From Armatimonadota bacterium (GTDB taxonomy: Bacteria > Armatimonadota > SYMT01), in NCBI GenBank assembly GCA_041690135.1, contig JAWLHY010000002.1:128001-192000 (forward strand): a stretch of DNA of 64,000 bases, given 5' to 3'. Positions 48,617 to 58,297 of the stretch are shown here, piece by piece. Under the pieces are notes generated by a model. It did no database searches. It was not told the origin of the DNA and saw nothing but the letters and a program-made list of their open reading frames with translations. Every line of letters begins with the position of its first letter. Within the stretch, counting starts at the first letter, position 1. The translations under genes and the position numbers were made by a program.

Positions 48617-49900
48617 ATGTTCAATGGTGACGGCAAAGTAGATGTCGCGGTTAGCGTGCATGAGGGTAACCGACTGGTGGTGCTGCTCGGCAACGGCGCA
48701 GGCGGCTTCAGCATGTCGGCGAACCTGCTGGACCGGAGCCTACCGGCTCGGGTAGTCAGCGCCGATTTCAACGAAGACGGCCGCATGGACCTGGCGACGT
48801 CCCACTACAACTCGAGCGATGTCCGTGTGTTTTTGGGCAACGGAAACGGCACCTTCGTCCTCCAGCGCACCCGCTATTTCGTCGGATTCAGCGCTCCCAT
48901 TGCGACGTATTCCGCACAGATCGTGACGGAGGACTTCAACCTGGATGGTCACGCCGACCTGGCCACGTCGAACTACTTCGATGGATCCATCTCCCTCCTC
49001 TACGGGAAGGGAGACGGCACTTTCCACGACGGGACGGGAGCTGTGCGGGCCAAGAACTACCCGGTGGGCTACCTGCCCCATCTCATGGGCAGCGGTGATC
49101 TCGATGGAGACGGTGACGCGGACCTGGCGATCCCGCTGGCCGGCTCCCGGCAGTTCGCCACCTATGAGAACCGGGGGACCAGTTTCGTGCAGGGGCCGAC
49201 GATCCTCTCGGATGGTCAGGACCTCGCCAGCCTCGCGATGGGAGATCTGAATGGTGACGGGCGCGCGGATGTCGTCGCGGCGCATAACGGAGGCACCTTC
49301 GCCTCGGTGTTCCTTTCCGTGGGTCCCCTGACGGTGCAGTCCGTCACCGTCCAGCCGGGCAGCTTCATCGGCGGCTACCAGAGTGCCTCGGGGGTGGTGA
49401 CGCTCAGTCGTCCGGCCACCGCCGGGGGCGTCGAGGTGCAACTCGCGACCACCAATACCGCCGTCACCGTGCCGGCGAGCGTCGTTATCGCCGAGGGGGA
49501 GACCCAGGCCACGTTCCCCGTGACCGCCCCCTACGTGACGCAGACCTTCACGGGTGTGGTGACCGCAACCCTGAATGGCAGCAAGAACGCGCCCGTAACG
49601 GTGCGGCCGATCAGCGTCGATGCCTTGTCACTGTCGCCGAACCCCGCGAGTGATGGGAAGAAGGTCATCGGCACGCTGACCCTGGATGCGCCGGCGGCGC
49701 CTGGGGCCCTGACCGTGGCCCTTTCGAGCGACAGTCCGGACGCGGCGGAGGTGCGGGTCGATACTGTCACCGTAGCGCAGGGCCAGACCCAGGTGAGCTT
49801 CAAAATCAAGACGCGTCAGGTGCCGATGCCCACCGAGGTCACGATCTCGGCCACCCTGCACGGAATCACCACGAGCACGGTGCTCACGGTGCTGCCGTAG
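48617..49900 (+). CDS. FG-GAP/VCBS repeat protein with two C-terminal Ig-like domains, apparently N-truncated
   Basis: Repeats FNGDGKVD, DFNEDGRMD, DFNLDGHAD, DLDGDGDAD, DLNGDGRAD; no signal peptide. Confidence 0.8.
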   Translation: MFNGDGKVDVAVSVHEGNRLVVLLGNGAGGFSMSANLLDRSLPARVVSADFNEDGRMDLATSHYNSSDVRVFLGNGNGTFVLQRTRYFVGFSAPIATYSAQIVTEDFNLDGHADLATSNYFDGSISLLYGKGDGTFHDGTGAVRAKNYPVGYLPHLMGSGDLDGDGDADLAIPLAGSRQFATYENRGTSFVQGPTILSDGQDLASLAMGDLNGDGRADVVAAHNGGTFASVFLSVGPLTVQSVTVQPGSFIGGYQSASGVVTLSRPATAGGVEVQLATTNTAVTVPASVVIAEGETQATFPVTAPYVTQTFTGVVTATLNGSKNAPVTVRPISVDALSLSPNPASDGKKVIGTLTLDAPAAPGALTVALSSDSPDAAEVRVDTVTVAQGQTQVSFKIKTRQVPMPTEVTISATLHGITTSTVLTVLP

Positions 49901-49923
49901 TCTTCAGCGGGAGACGGGTAACA

Positions 49924-49965
49924 CAACAACCGGGCCGGGAGGACAACCTCCCGGCCCGGTTGTTG
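49924..49965. terminator. Bidirectional terminator hairpin between convergent genes
   Basis: CAACAACCGGGCCGGGAGG-ACAA-CCTCCCGGCCCGGTTGTTG, 19-bp perfect stem. Confidence 0.75.
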
Positions 49966-50047
49966 CCGGCCAGGAAACCGGTAGACCTCGAAGCGCCACG
50001 GCACACCAGCCCGGTAAATGCGGATCAGAGCGGTACCGCTCCCAGGA

Positions 50048-51145
50048 TTACAGGCGGACCGGCTGACCCGTCCGGGCGGACTCGTAGACCGCCAGGATGA
50101 TCTCCACCGCCGGACGGCCGTCCTCGCCGGTGACCATCGGGTCCCGGTCCTCGCGGATGGCGTCGATGAAGTCCTGAAGCTGGATGATATGCCCCTGCTG
50201 GCTGATGGCGCGGGGATCGGAGGCAGCGCTGCCGGCGCCGTCACTGCTGAAGTCCGGCTCCGGAACACCCGGCACAGCCCACTTCACGATTCGCTCTCCG
50301 TCCACCATGATCGTGCCGCGGTCGCCGTGGAATTCGAGGCGGTGGTCCAACCCGCCCCACTTCTTCACTTCCACATTGCCGCTCTCGTCCTTCTCCCACT
50401 CCACGCTGCCGATGACGGAGGTGGTCCCCTCCAGGGTCCCGAAGGCCCCGTTCTTGAACCGGATGGCGGAGACGGTGGTGTCTTCCACCTCGATGTCGCG
50501 CGCCAGGTGGTCGGCGAAGCTGAAGATGGTATCGACCGGTCCCATCACCCACTGCAGGATGTCGACGAGGTGGACGCCCTGGTTCATCAGCGCGCCGCCG
50601 CCGTCGAGGGCCCAGGTGCCCCGCCAGGCTCCGCTGTTGTAGTACTCCTGCGAGCGGTAGTACTTGAGGTAGGCATCCCCCAGTACCATCTTGCCGAGCG
50701 CCCCGGACTGGACGGTCTCCCGCACTACCTGCCACAGCGGCGAGGTGCGGCGCTGGAAGATCACGCCCAGTTTCGTGCCGTTGCGCCGGACCGTGGAGAT
50801 CATCGCGTCGATCTTCTCCAGGGTGATGTCCATCGGCTTCTCGGTCATGGCGTGCTTCCCGGCGTTGGAAGCCTGGATCACCATGTCTGCGTGCATGCCG
50901 CTGGGCGTGCAGATGCTGACCGCGTCGATCTCGGGGTCGGCGAGGAGGTCCTCGATATGCGTGTAGGTCTTCGGGATGCCGAACTTCTCGGCAAAGGCCT
51001 GGGCCTTCTCCGGCACCTCGTCGCAGCATGCCACGAGGCGCGCGCCCCGCACGTGGTCTTTGAGGGAGCCCGCGTGCCAGGGTGCGATGACGCCGCACCC
51101 GACAACGCCGTACCCTACCGTATCGTTCGGACCGATTCTACGCAT
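50048..51145 (-). CDS. Gfo/Idh/MocA family oxidoreductase
   Basis: GCGVIA, CTPSGMH, EKPM, WRGTWALDGGGALMNQGVHLVD. Confidence 0.93.
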   Translation of the reverse strand: MRRIGPNDTVGYGVVGCGVIAPWHAGSLKDHVRGARLVACCDEVPEKAQAFAEKFGIPKTYTHIEDLLADPEIDAVSICTPSGMHADMVIQASNAGKHAMTEKPMDITLEKIDAMISTVRRNGTKLGVIFQRRTSPLWQVVRETVQSGALGKMVLGDAYLKYYRSQEYYNSGAWRGTWALDGGGALMNQGVHLVDILQWVMGPVDTIFSFADHLARDIEVEDTTVSAIRFKNGAFGTLEGTTSVIGSVEWEKDESGNVEVKKWGGLDHRLEFHGDRGTIMVDGERIVKWAVPGVPEPDFSSDGAGSAASDPRAISQQGHIIQLQDFIDAIREDRDPMVTGEDGRPAVEIILAVYESARTGQPVRL

Positions 51146-51163
51146 GGTCAGTTCTTCTGGGGG

Positions 51164-52387
51164 TTAGCTCCGGACGGCGGATTGGATCTTGCGGATGGCG
51201 GCGACGATGTCGTCCATGTCGCCGCGCTCGGCAAGCAGCATGCTCTGGGTGAGCCACACCGCTTCCTCGCACGCCTTCTCCACCTGCGGCAGGTGCAGCG
51301 CGCCGTAGTCGATCCGGGCCGGGAACGGGTGGGTGCCGGTATCGATTTTGAAGGCAGGGCTGCGGTAGAGAGGCGAGTAGCCGGGGCTGCAGGGGATCCC
51401 TTCGGCACGGAGAGCCGCGAGGAACTCATCGCGGGTGAGGGTGCCGCCGAACGCCTCCTGGTTGTAGCGGAAGATGAAGAGGTGATAGGCGTGCTGCGTG
51501 ATGCGCGGGTCTCGCGCCAGCGGCTGGACTCCCTCGATCTCGGAAAGCTGCTGCGCCAGATAGAGCGCGTTCTCGTTGCGGCGGCGCGTCTGCTCTTCCA
51601 GCCGGCGGGCCTGGGAGAGGAGAATCGCCGCGTTCCACTCCGGCATGCGGTAGTTGCCGGAGAGCATCCGGTGCTCGTACCAGCCGCCGTTCCGGACGCG
51701 GCCGCAGTTGACGAGCGACCAGGCGCGATCGAACACCTCGTCGCTGTTGGTCACCACGATACCGCCTTCCCCGGCATTCAGGTTTTTGCTGGCCTGGAAG
51801 CTGAAGGTGCCCGCATCGCCGATGGCGCCAACGCGGCGGCCGTTCCACTCCGCCAGGTGCGCCTGGGCCGCGTCTTCGATGAGGATCAGGTTCTTGCGGC
51901 GGGCCAGGTCGGTGAGGGCGTCCATGTCGGCCGGGCAGCCCGCGACGTGCACCGCAATGATGGCGCGGGTTCGCTCGGTGATGGCGGCCTCGGCGGCGGC
52001 GGGGTCCAGGTTGAAGTTGCTTGGGTCGACGTCCGCGAAGATCGGGACCGCATTCACGTTGACCGTGGACGAGACGGTGGCAATGAAGGTGTAGGGGGTG
52101 GTGACGACCTCATCGCCCGCCTTGACGCCGGCGGCCCGCAGCGCGATCTCGATCGCCTGGGTGCCGTTGCAGCACGGCACCGCGTGCTTCGCCTGCTGCA
52201 GCCCGGAAAAGTATTCGCCGAACTCCCGGTTCTGGGTGCCGCTACCCGCGAACCACTTGCCGCTGCGGACCACGTCGGTCAGCGCTTCGATCTCGCTTTC
52301 GTCCCAGATGGGCCACTTCGGCCACGGTCGGTTCCGCAACGGCTCTCCGCCATTCAGGGCGAGCTTCTCGGGGGTGACGGCAGGCAT
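51164..52387 (-). CDS. DegT/DnrJ/EryC1/StrS PLP aminotransferase
   Basis: NGTQA, YTFIAT, IEDAAQAH, FSFQASKNLNAGEGG (PLP lysine), NYRM. Confidence 0.93.
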   Translation of the reverse strand: MPAVTPEKLALNGGEPLRNRPWPKWPIWDESEIEALTDVVRSGKWFAGSGTQNREFGEYFSGLQQAKHAVPCCNGTQAIEIALRAAGVKAGDEVVTTPYTFIATVSSTVNVNAVPIFADVDPSNFNLDPAAAEAAITERTRAIIAVHVAGCPADMDALTDLARRKNLILIEDAAQAHLAEWNGRRVGAIGDAGTFSFQASKNLNAGEGGIVVTNSDEVFDRAWSLVNCGRVRNGGWYEHRMLSGNYRMPEWNAAILLSQARRLEEQTRRRNENALYLAQQLSEIEGVQPLARDPRITQHAYHLFIFRYNQEAFGGTLTRDEFLAALRAEGIPCSPGYSPLYRSPAFKIDTGTHPFPARIDYGALHLPQVEKACEEAVWLTQSMLLAERGDMDDIVAAIRKIQSAVRS

Positions 52388-52633
52388 AAAACTTCCTCTT
52401 CTTCCTAAGCAACGGCGCCGTCGAAACGGCGTACCCGGCGGCGGTCACGAAGGGTGCACTCCGGGGTACGCGCGGGCCAATCCAGTTTACACCGGTACGG
52501 GAGGCTTTACCTGCCTTTGCACCTTGCGCGCGTACTGCGCGTGCGGCACGAGACAGGCGGCGGGGCTTGCGGCGGCGACGCAAGCCGGGCCCGCAGTAGG
52601 TAGTGTGCCACTGCGAGCCCGAAATCTGCAGGG

Positions 52634-52775
52634 TCAGGTGTTCAGGTGCTCAGGTAGTCAGGTGCTCGGGTGTTCAGGCGGTCAGGGGTGGGAATACCGA
52701 AGTGCGGGAGTAAGGAGATTTAGAGGTGATCCAGGCTCCTTCCAACCCCCATACTCCCACACCTCCATACTCCCG
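52634..52775. repeat. Octamer tandem repeats (TCAGGTGY about 7 copies; CCCATACT-type)
   Basis: TCAGGTGT TCAGGTGC TCAGGTAG TCAGGTGC TCGGGTGT TCAGGCGG; CCCATACTCCCACACCTCCATACTCCC. Confidence 0.75.
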
Positions 52776-52785
52776 GAGAGGGCGA

Positions 52786-54054
52786 CTACGCCAGGCGGCC
52801 TGCGGAGTGGACGCCGCCATGTTGGGCGCGTGCCTGGAGTTCTTTCCACTCGCGACTGCCGTCATCCGGGACGACTTCGAGGCGTGTGCCGGGCATGAAG
52901 ACCGGGAGATGCCCCTCCTGGAAGTCCTTCCAGTACTGCTGGCAGTGGGTGTAGTAGCTGACGGCGCCGCTGCCGAACCGGATGGCGATGAGCAGGCCGG
53001 GGTGCGGGTACGGTTTGGCGGGCATCTCCGGCAGGCGGAACCGCGCGATCGCCTCCTCATCCAGCTCAAGCCCGAGACCAGGCTGGTTCGGCACGTCGGC
53101 CATGCCGTTGGAGACCTGGATGCGGGGCAGGACCATGTGATGCGTGAAGAGCTGGTGGCAGTTGACGCTGGGCCACCGGGCGTGGGAGAGCACCGCCCCG
53201 AAGTGGAGGGAGAAGGTGGCGGTGATGCCGGTGCCCACCAGTTGGAGGAAGAACGGCTTGTTGAAGGCGGCGGAGATCTGGCCGCTCTTCATCACCTGGC
53301 TCGCACCGCCGCCGATCACGAAACCGTCGCACACGTCTTCTTTCAGCGCGGTCATCACCGGCGGGCTGCCGAAGTGGTGGGCGATCGCGACGCGCGTCTG
53401 GCTGCGCAGGAACCGGTTTCCTTCCACGTCACCCTGGGGGATGGGGGACTCGTAGATCCCGACATTCTGGTACTGCTCGATCTGCTTCAGTAGCCGGGTG
53501 GCGTGGCCCGTCTCGTTGAGCATGGCGTTGAAGTCCATGTCCAGGTCGAACCACTCCGGCAGCGTCGCGCAGAGGGTGCGGCACTGCTCGTTGAGATCGA
53601 ACCACGGCCGGGCCTTCGTCTTGAACGCCGTGTATCCTTCCGCCATGGCCTGCCGGCACTCGAGCACCCAGTCCTCTCCCGGCATGTCGATGTCCCACCA
53701 GGAGATGTGCGGGCGCTCGCGGACCTTGTGCCCCAGCAGCGCCCAGACCGGCGTGTCGGTGGCGCGGCCGACCGCGTCGAACAGGGCCATCTGGAGCCCC
53801 GCGCCGAGGGAGTCGTCCCACATCTGCTCGGCGGCGTTCCGCTCCATCACCCGCGCCACTGCGTCCTCGCTCACGGTGCCCCAGGTGTAGTACTGCATCG
53901 TCTCGCCGAAACCGGTCACCCCACAGGCGAGCGTTACCTTGCAGATTTCGAACAGGGTCCAGTGCGGTAGCTCCCGCACCATGTTCCGAGCCGGCACCTC
54001 CCGGAACGGTACGCTCACCGGGATGCGCTCGATGTTCTTAACGGTCAGGTCCAT
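52786..54054 (-). CDS. Mandelate racemase / muconate lactonizing enzyme (enolase superfamily) protein
   Basis: GVTGFGE, MALFDAVGR...PVWALLG, KTK motif, DFN, ESP, PGLGLELDE. Confidence 0.85.
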   Translation of the reverse strand: MDLTVKNIERIPVSVPFREVPARNMVRELPHWTLFEICKVTLACGVTGFGETMQYYTWGTVSEDAVARVMERNAAEQMWDDSLGAGLQMALFDAVGRATDTPVWALLGHKVRERPHISWWDIDMPGEDWVLECRQAMAEGYTAFKTKARPWFDLNEQCRTLCATLPEWFDLDMDFNAMLNETGHATRLLKQIEQYQNVGIYESPIPQGDVEGNRFLRSQTRVAIAHHFGSPPVMTALKEDVCDGFVIGGGASQVMKSGQISAAFNKPFFLQLVGTGITATFSLHFGAVLSHARWPSVNCHQLFTHHMVLPRIQVSNGMADVPNQPGLGLELDEEAIARFRLPEMPAKPYPHPGLLIAIRFGSGAVSYYTHCQQYWKDFQEGHLPVFMPGTRLEVVPDDGSREWKELQARAQHGGVHSAGRLA

Positions 54055-54201
54055 AGGAGATTCTCAGGTGTCCACGCGGTCGAGAACCTTCCGGGCGAAG
54101 GCCTCTTCACTCCAGTGCGGAGGGTGAGTGCGATTTCCCTGCGCGAATAGCGGTGCAGCCCCGCATGACCGGCGGCGGAAATGCCCGAGATCTCATGCGG
54201 T

Positions 54202-55215
54202 CTACCCAGCCCGCCATCCTGCCGGCCGGTCATCCACGGTCCAGAGGATTCGGGAGTGAAGGAGGTATTCCGCTACGGGAGCACTCTGGCCCGGGCTCGG
54301 GCTCTCCCCCTCCGCCAGGAAGAGGAACAGCATCCGAACCCGCAAGACCATCCCCGCATCCACATCGCGCCGCAGCAACCGGAAGCGCCGGAAACGGACC
54401 AGGAAATGCGCGCCCGCGAGGCCCACCAGCAGGGAGGCAATTTGCAGCTCACTCCCATTGCGCGGCCCGGGGACCCTGGACAGGGTGCTCGCCAGCATCA
54501 GGGTCAACACCACGCCTGCCAGGAACAGGAATAATCCTGGCAAAAGCAGCAATCTGAGTCCCGCCCGCACCACCTCGGCCACCTCCGCAGGGGTCAGTTC
54601 CCGGCGATCGATTTCGGGGGAGTGCGGGTCTCCCCGGTAGAGGGGCTCGGCCCACTCTGCGGCGATGGCAGCAGACCCGGGACCCTTCGTCGGGGTGGTC
54701 GGAGGCGCATAGCAGTAGCCTTTCGGCAATCGCCCGTCGCTGGCAAGGAGCAGTCCGGAGCCGTGCACGCTCTCAAACCAGGAGAGAGGGCCGGACACGC
54801 CACGGTCGAACCGCAGCTTGACGAATCGGGTGCGAGGCGTTACTTCCTCACCTTCCGGTCGGCCGAAACGATCCACCTGTCCCTGGACCAGGGCTACGCG
54901 GAGCTCGCGCGCGCGACGTAGATAGACCCAACCTCCGGGGCTCAGCAGCAGGCCGAGAATGAGCAATCCACCCAAGACGCCCATTTGCAGTACCGCCCAG
55001 GAGCTGTCTGCCCTCGGATCCCGCAGCCAATAGAGCAGCGAAGCGATAAACAACCCGGGACCGCTACCGAGCAGGAGCCATCCCTCGGCCCAGAGGCGAA
55101 AGGCCGTACGTTCCGCCCACTGCCGCTCGCGAGGGGTGAGGGGGCGGTCACGACAAAGCGGCAGCCCACCGGACCAACTGCTGCACGGAGGATCCAGGTC
55201 TGTGGGTACTTGCAT
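54202..55215 (-). CDS. Hypothetical membrane protein with an internal two-fold repeat
   Basis: ATG 55215 after GGGAGG; 'DRPLTPRE' + 2 TM and 'RRELTPAE' + 2 TM. Confidence 0.6.
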   Translation of the reverse strand: MQVPTDLDPPCSSWSGGLPLCRDRPLTPRERQWAERTAFRLWAEGWLLLGSGPGLFIASLLYWLRDPRADSSWAVLQMGVLGGLLILGLLLSPGGWVYLRRARELRVALVQGQVDRFGRPEGEEVTPRTRFVKLRFDRGVSGPLSWFESVHGSGLLLASDGRLPKGYCYAPPTTPTKGPGSAAIAAEWAEPLYRGDPHSPEIDRRELTPAEVAEVVRAGLRLLLLPGLFLFLAGVVLTLMLASTLSRVPGPRNGSELQIASLLVGLAGAHFLVRFRRFRLLRRDVDAGMVLRVRMLFLFLAEGESPSPGQSAPVAEYLLHSRILWTVDDRPAGWRAG

Positions 55216-55543
55216 GGGCCTCCCTAATTCTTCTGGAGACAGGGCGCGCGAGGGATGAAGCTCACTCCGAGAACGTGTCGCTTTAGCGCACCAACCGGTC
55301 AGACGGGGTTTCAGTACGGGAAGCCTGAAGCAGGAAGGGCGTTGCACACCCTTTGGCAGGCCCAGGCTAGCCCGGGGAGAGGAAAAGTGGCGAGTCGACG
55401 CCGATTGAACCCATGAGACTCCCTGGCCTGCTTCAGTATGGGGGACGCCAGCCGCACCCGCAAGGAAACTCCTGCAATTGAAATACCCTGAGTCGCGAAC
55501 GCATGCCGAACGTTCCTGTACCGAGCGCAAGGACACCCACCCG

Positions 55544-56683
55544 ATGATGAACGACCCTCTCGACCGCCGCCGTTTCCTCACCCTGGCCGCCGGAGCTGCC
55601 GGCGTTGCCGCCACGGCCCGTCACGTATCCGCGCAGGTCTCCTCCGGTCCCGTCTCCGCGAAGTCGGAGAAGGGGATCGACTGGTACGACGTCCGCCAGT
55701 GGGGCGTGGAAGGACGGGGCTGGAACGATACGGCCCGCTACTTCGACCGCCTCCCTGCCCGCGCGGAAGGGAAGGTCCGCGACGCCGTGTGGAACCTCAG
55801 CCGTCATTCCGCAGGGATGCTGGTGCGCTTTGAGACGGACGCCCCCGCCATCCATGGCCGCTACGCCCTGCTCTCACCTAACCTGGCGATGCCCCACATG
55901 CCGGCCACGGGGGTGAGCGGGCTGGACCTGTACGCCCGGGACTTGAAGGGGCGGGACCGCTGGCTGAACGTCACGCGGCCCAATGCCCAGCAGATGAACG
56001 TGCAGATCGTGAATGGGCTCGACCCGGCTCCCGGTGGGCGGCTCTACACCGTTTACCTGCCCCTCTATAACGGAGTCGAGGCACTGGAGATCGGCGTGCC
56101 GTCGGGGCGGCTGTTCCGGCCGGTGGCGCCACGGACAGAGAAGCCGATACTGTTCTACGGCACCTCGATCATGCACGGCGCGTGTGCTTCCCGGCCGGGG
56201 ATGTCGATTTCCGCGCTTGTCGGCCGCCGTTTCGACCGCCCCACGATCAACCTCGGATTCTCGGGCAACGGGCGGATGGAGAAGGAGGTCGGCGACTTCC
56301 TGGTGGAGCTCGACCCGTGCGTCTACGCCGTCGATTGCCTGCCGAACATGGACGGCAAAGCCGTTGCGGAGCACGCCGAGCCGCTGGTTCGCCAGCTACG
56401 ACAGGCCCGGCCGGATACCCCGATCCTGCTGGTGGAGGACCGCAGCTTCACCAACTCCCCCTTCCTCAAGAGCCACCGGGATAGGCACGCCGGCAATCGC
56501 GCCGCGCTTCGCAAGGCCTACGAAAACCTGCAGCGCGACGGGGTGAAGAGGCTTTACTATCTCCGCGGGGAAGACCTGCTCGGCGACGACGGCGAAGGCG
56601 CGACCGACGGCTCGCATCCGAACGACCTGGGGTTCGTACGCTACGCCGAGGCCTATTCAAAGGTGCTGAAGAAGATCCTTTAG
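55544..56683 (+). CDS. SGNH/GDSL hydrolase (GxDLY family), Tat-exported
   Basis: DRRRFL Tat motif; GLDLY; YGTSIMHG; NLGFSGNG; DGSHPNDLG. Confidence 0.9.
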   Translation: MMNDPLDRRRFLTLAAGAAGVAATARHVSAQVSSGPVSAKSEKGIDWYDVRQWGVEGRGWNDTARYFDRLPARAEGKVRDAVWNLSRHSAGMLVRFETDAPAIHGRYALLSPNLAMPHMPATGVSGLDLYARDLKGRDRWLNVTRPNAQQMNVQIVNGLDPAPGGRLYTVYLPLYNGVEALEIGVPSGRLFRPVAPRTEKPILFYGTSIMHGACASRPGMSISALVGRRFDRPTINLGFSGNGRMEKEVGDFLVELDPCVYAVDCLPNMDGKAVAEHAEPLVRQLRQARPDTPILLVEDRSFTNSPFLKSHRDRHAGNRAALRKAYENLQRDGVKRLYYLRGEDLLGDDGEGATDGSHPNDLGFVRYAEAYSKVLKKIL

Positions 56684-57150
56684 ATGTGGCAGGAAGCCAT
56701 GCCCCGCTTCGCCAGGTACTGCTGATGGTACTCCTCGGCACGCCAGAAGTTAGCAGCGGGGACGATCTGCGTGACGATGGGGCGGCGGAACCGGCCGGAA
56801 GCGTCCTGCGATTGCTTTGAGGCCTCCGCCGCTGCCTGCTGCTCCGGTGTATGGTAGAAGATCGCCGAGCGGTACTGGGAACCGAAGTCCGGCCCCTGGC
56901 GATTGAGCTGCGTCGGGTCGTGCGAGGACCAGAACACCTCCAGGAGCTGATCGTAGCTCACCTTCTCCGGGTCGTACTCCACTTGGACCACCTCCGCGTG
57001 CCCCGTGCGGTCGGTGCATACGTCCTGATAGGTGGGGTTATCCAGGTGCCCGCCCATGTAGCCGACCGCCGTGTCCGTTACGCCTTCAACCCGGCGGAAC
57101 GCTTCCTCCACGCCCCAGAAGCACCCCGCGCCAAATGTTGCCGTTGCCAT
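56680..57150 (-). CDS. msrA: Peptide-methionine (S)-S-oxide reductase
   Basis: [36 protein letters not shown]. Confidence 0.96.
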   Translation of the reverse strand: MATATFGAGCFWGVEEAFRRVEGVTDTAVGYMGGHLDNPTYQDVCTDRTGHAEVVQVEYDPEKVSYDQLLEVFWSSHDPTQLNRQGPDFGSQYRSAIFYHTPEQQAAAEASKQSQDASGRFRRPIVTQIVPAANFWRAEEYHQQYLAKRGMASCHI

Positions 57151-57167
57151 ATATTGCCCCCGTTACG

Positions 57168-57452
57168 GATGAGGATAAGGATAAAGATAAGGATAAGGAA
57201 CTGCCGCTACTGGTAGGTTGATGGGGATACGCTGGCCGATCCCGTTTCCGATCCAACCGCTACGGTGCCGGCCGGCATGGTCGGCCCACCCCCATACCCT
57301 TACCCAAAATCTCCACCCCAGCCCTGCTCCCCCTCCCTCTTTATCTTTATCTTCCCCCGTCCTTATCTCTCCTGTCCTTATCCTCTCGCCCCGTCTCTCT
57401 TTATCTTTATCCTTATCTTTCCGATCCTTATCTTCCCGGTCCTTATCTTTTC
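57168..57452. repeat. GGATAA / TTATCC hexamer tracts in inverted arrangement
   Basis: GGATGAGGATAAGGATAAAGATAAGGATAAGG (57168-57198) facing TTTATCTTTATC...CCTTATC tracts (57340-57450). Confidence 0.8.
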
Positions 57453-58261
57453 CAGGCCACGGGGAAGATGTCGCTGTCCAGGGGGCTGCCGGGGGGCGGG
57501 GCGCCGGACCAACCGGGGTGGGTGCCGTCCGGTGGGGGCGGGGACATGAAACCAGGGCGGAGCACGTACACCGCGTCGTCGCCGGTCCAGCGGGAGGCGA
57601 TGGCGCGCCGGCGGTGGTGGAGGCGGTTGCCGGGAGCGCCGTGGAGGGTGAGGGCGTGGAAGACGACGCAGTCGCCCGGCTCCAGGTCCCACGAAACGAG
57701 GTCGTATTTCTCCCGCTCGGCATCCACGTCCGGCACGGGGACGAAGCTGGCATCTTCGGAGGGATGGTCCTGGTTGTCCACGAACCGGCGTGGGGTGTAC
57801 CATACGGCCCAGCGATGGGAGCCGCGGACGAACTCCGGGCACGACTCCTGGGGCACGGGATCGAGGCACATCCAGAGGCTGCAGACCTGGGTCCCATCCA
57901 CCGTCCAGTACGGCTGGTCGTGGTGCCAGGGGGTCCGCTCCAGGGTGCCCGGTTCCTTCACCAGCACGTGCTCGTGGAACAGGTTGACCTTGCCGGAGCG
58001 CATCAGCCGCCCCGCGATCTCCGCTGCAGGGGAGTGGAGCAGGAACTCGCGGTACTCGGGAATCCGCGGCCAGTTGCAATAGTCCCCGAAGAAGAGCCCC
58101 GGCGCCCCCTGCGGCGTGTACCACTTCGCGAAGGGTCCCGGCTCCCGGAGGTTCCGCTCCACTCCCTGCGCCAGCAGCTCCAGCCACCGGGGCTCGAACA
58201 CGCCCCGCAGGCAGGTCGCCCCGTCCCGTTCATATTCTTCGATCCGGTCGTCGTTCACCAT
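57443..58261 (-). CDS. Phytanoyl-CoA dioxygenase (PhyH) family Fe(II)/2OG oxygenase
   Basis: TPWHHDQPY (HxD), VRGSH, EPGDCVVFH, LHGAP, RRA. Confidence 0.9.
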   Translation of the reverse strand: MVNDDRIEEYERDGATCLRGVFEPRWLELLAQGVERNLREPGPFAKWYTPQGAPGLFFGDYCNWPRIPEYREFLLHSPAAEIAGRLMRSGKVNLFHEHVLVKEPGTLERTPWHHDQPYWTVDGTQVCSLWMCLDPVPQESCPEFVRGSHRWAVWYTPRRFVDNQDHPSEDASFVPVPDVDAEREKYDLVSWDLEPGDCVVFHALTLHGAPGNRLHHRRRAIASRWTGDDAVYVLRPGFMSPPPPDGTHPGWSGAPPPGSPLDSDIFPVAWKR

Positions 58262-58297
58262 GAGCGTTGTCGAGGGGCCAGTCACAGAGGACGGGAT

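Noticed and set aside
50018-52408. Long antisense ORFs (this 796-aa one, also 44755-46527, 61245-62975, 12695-14239, 36205-37797, 24994-26658)
   Set aside because: Shadow ORFs expected opposite real genes in high-GC DNA; no recognisable motifs
56680-57150. msrA as a second selenoprotein
   Set aside because: The catalytic codon is Cys (GCFWG); no in-frame UGA
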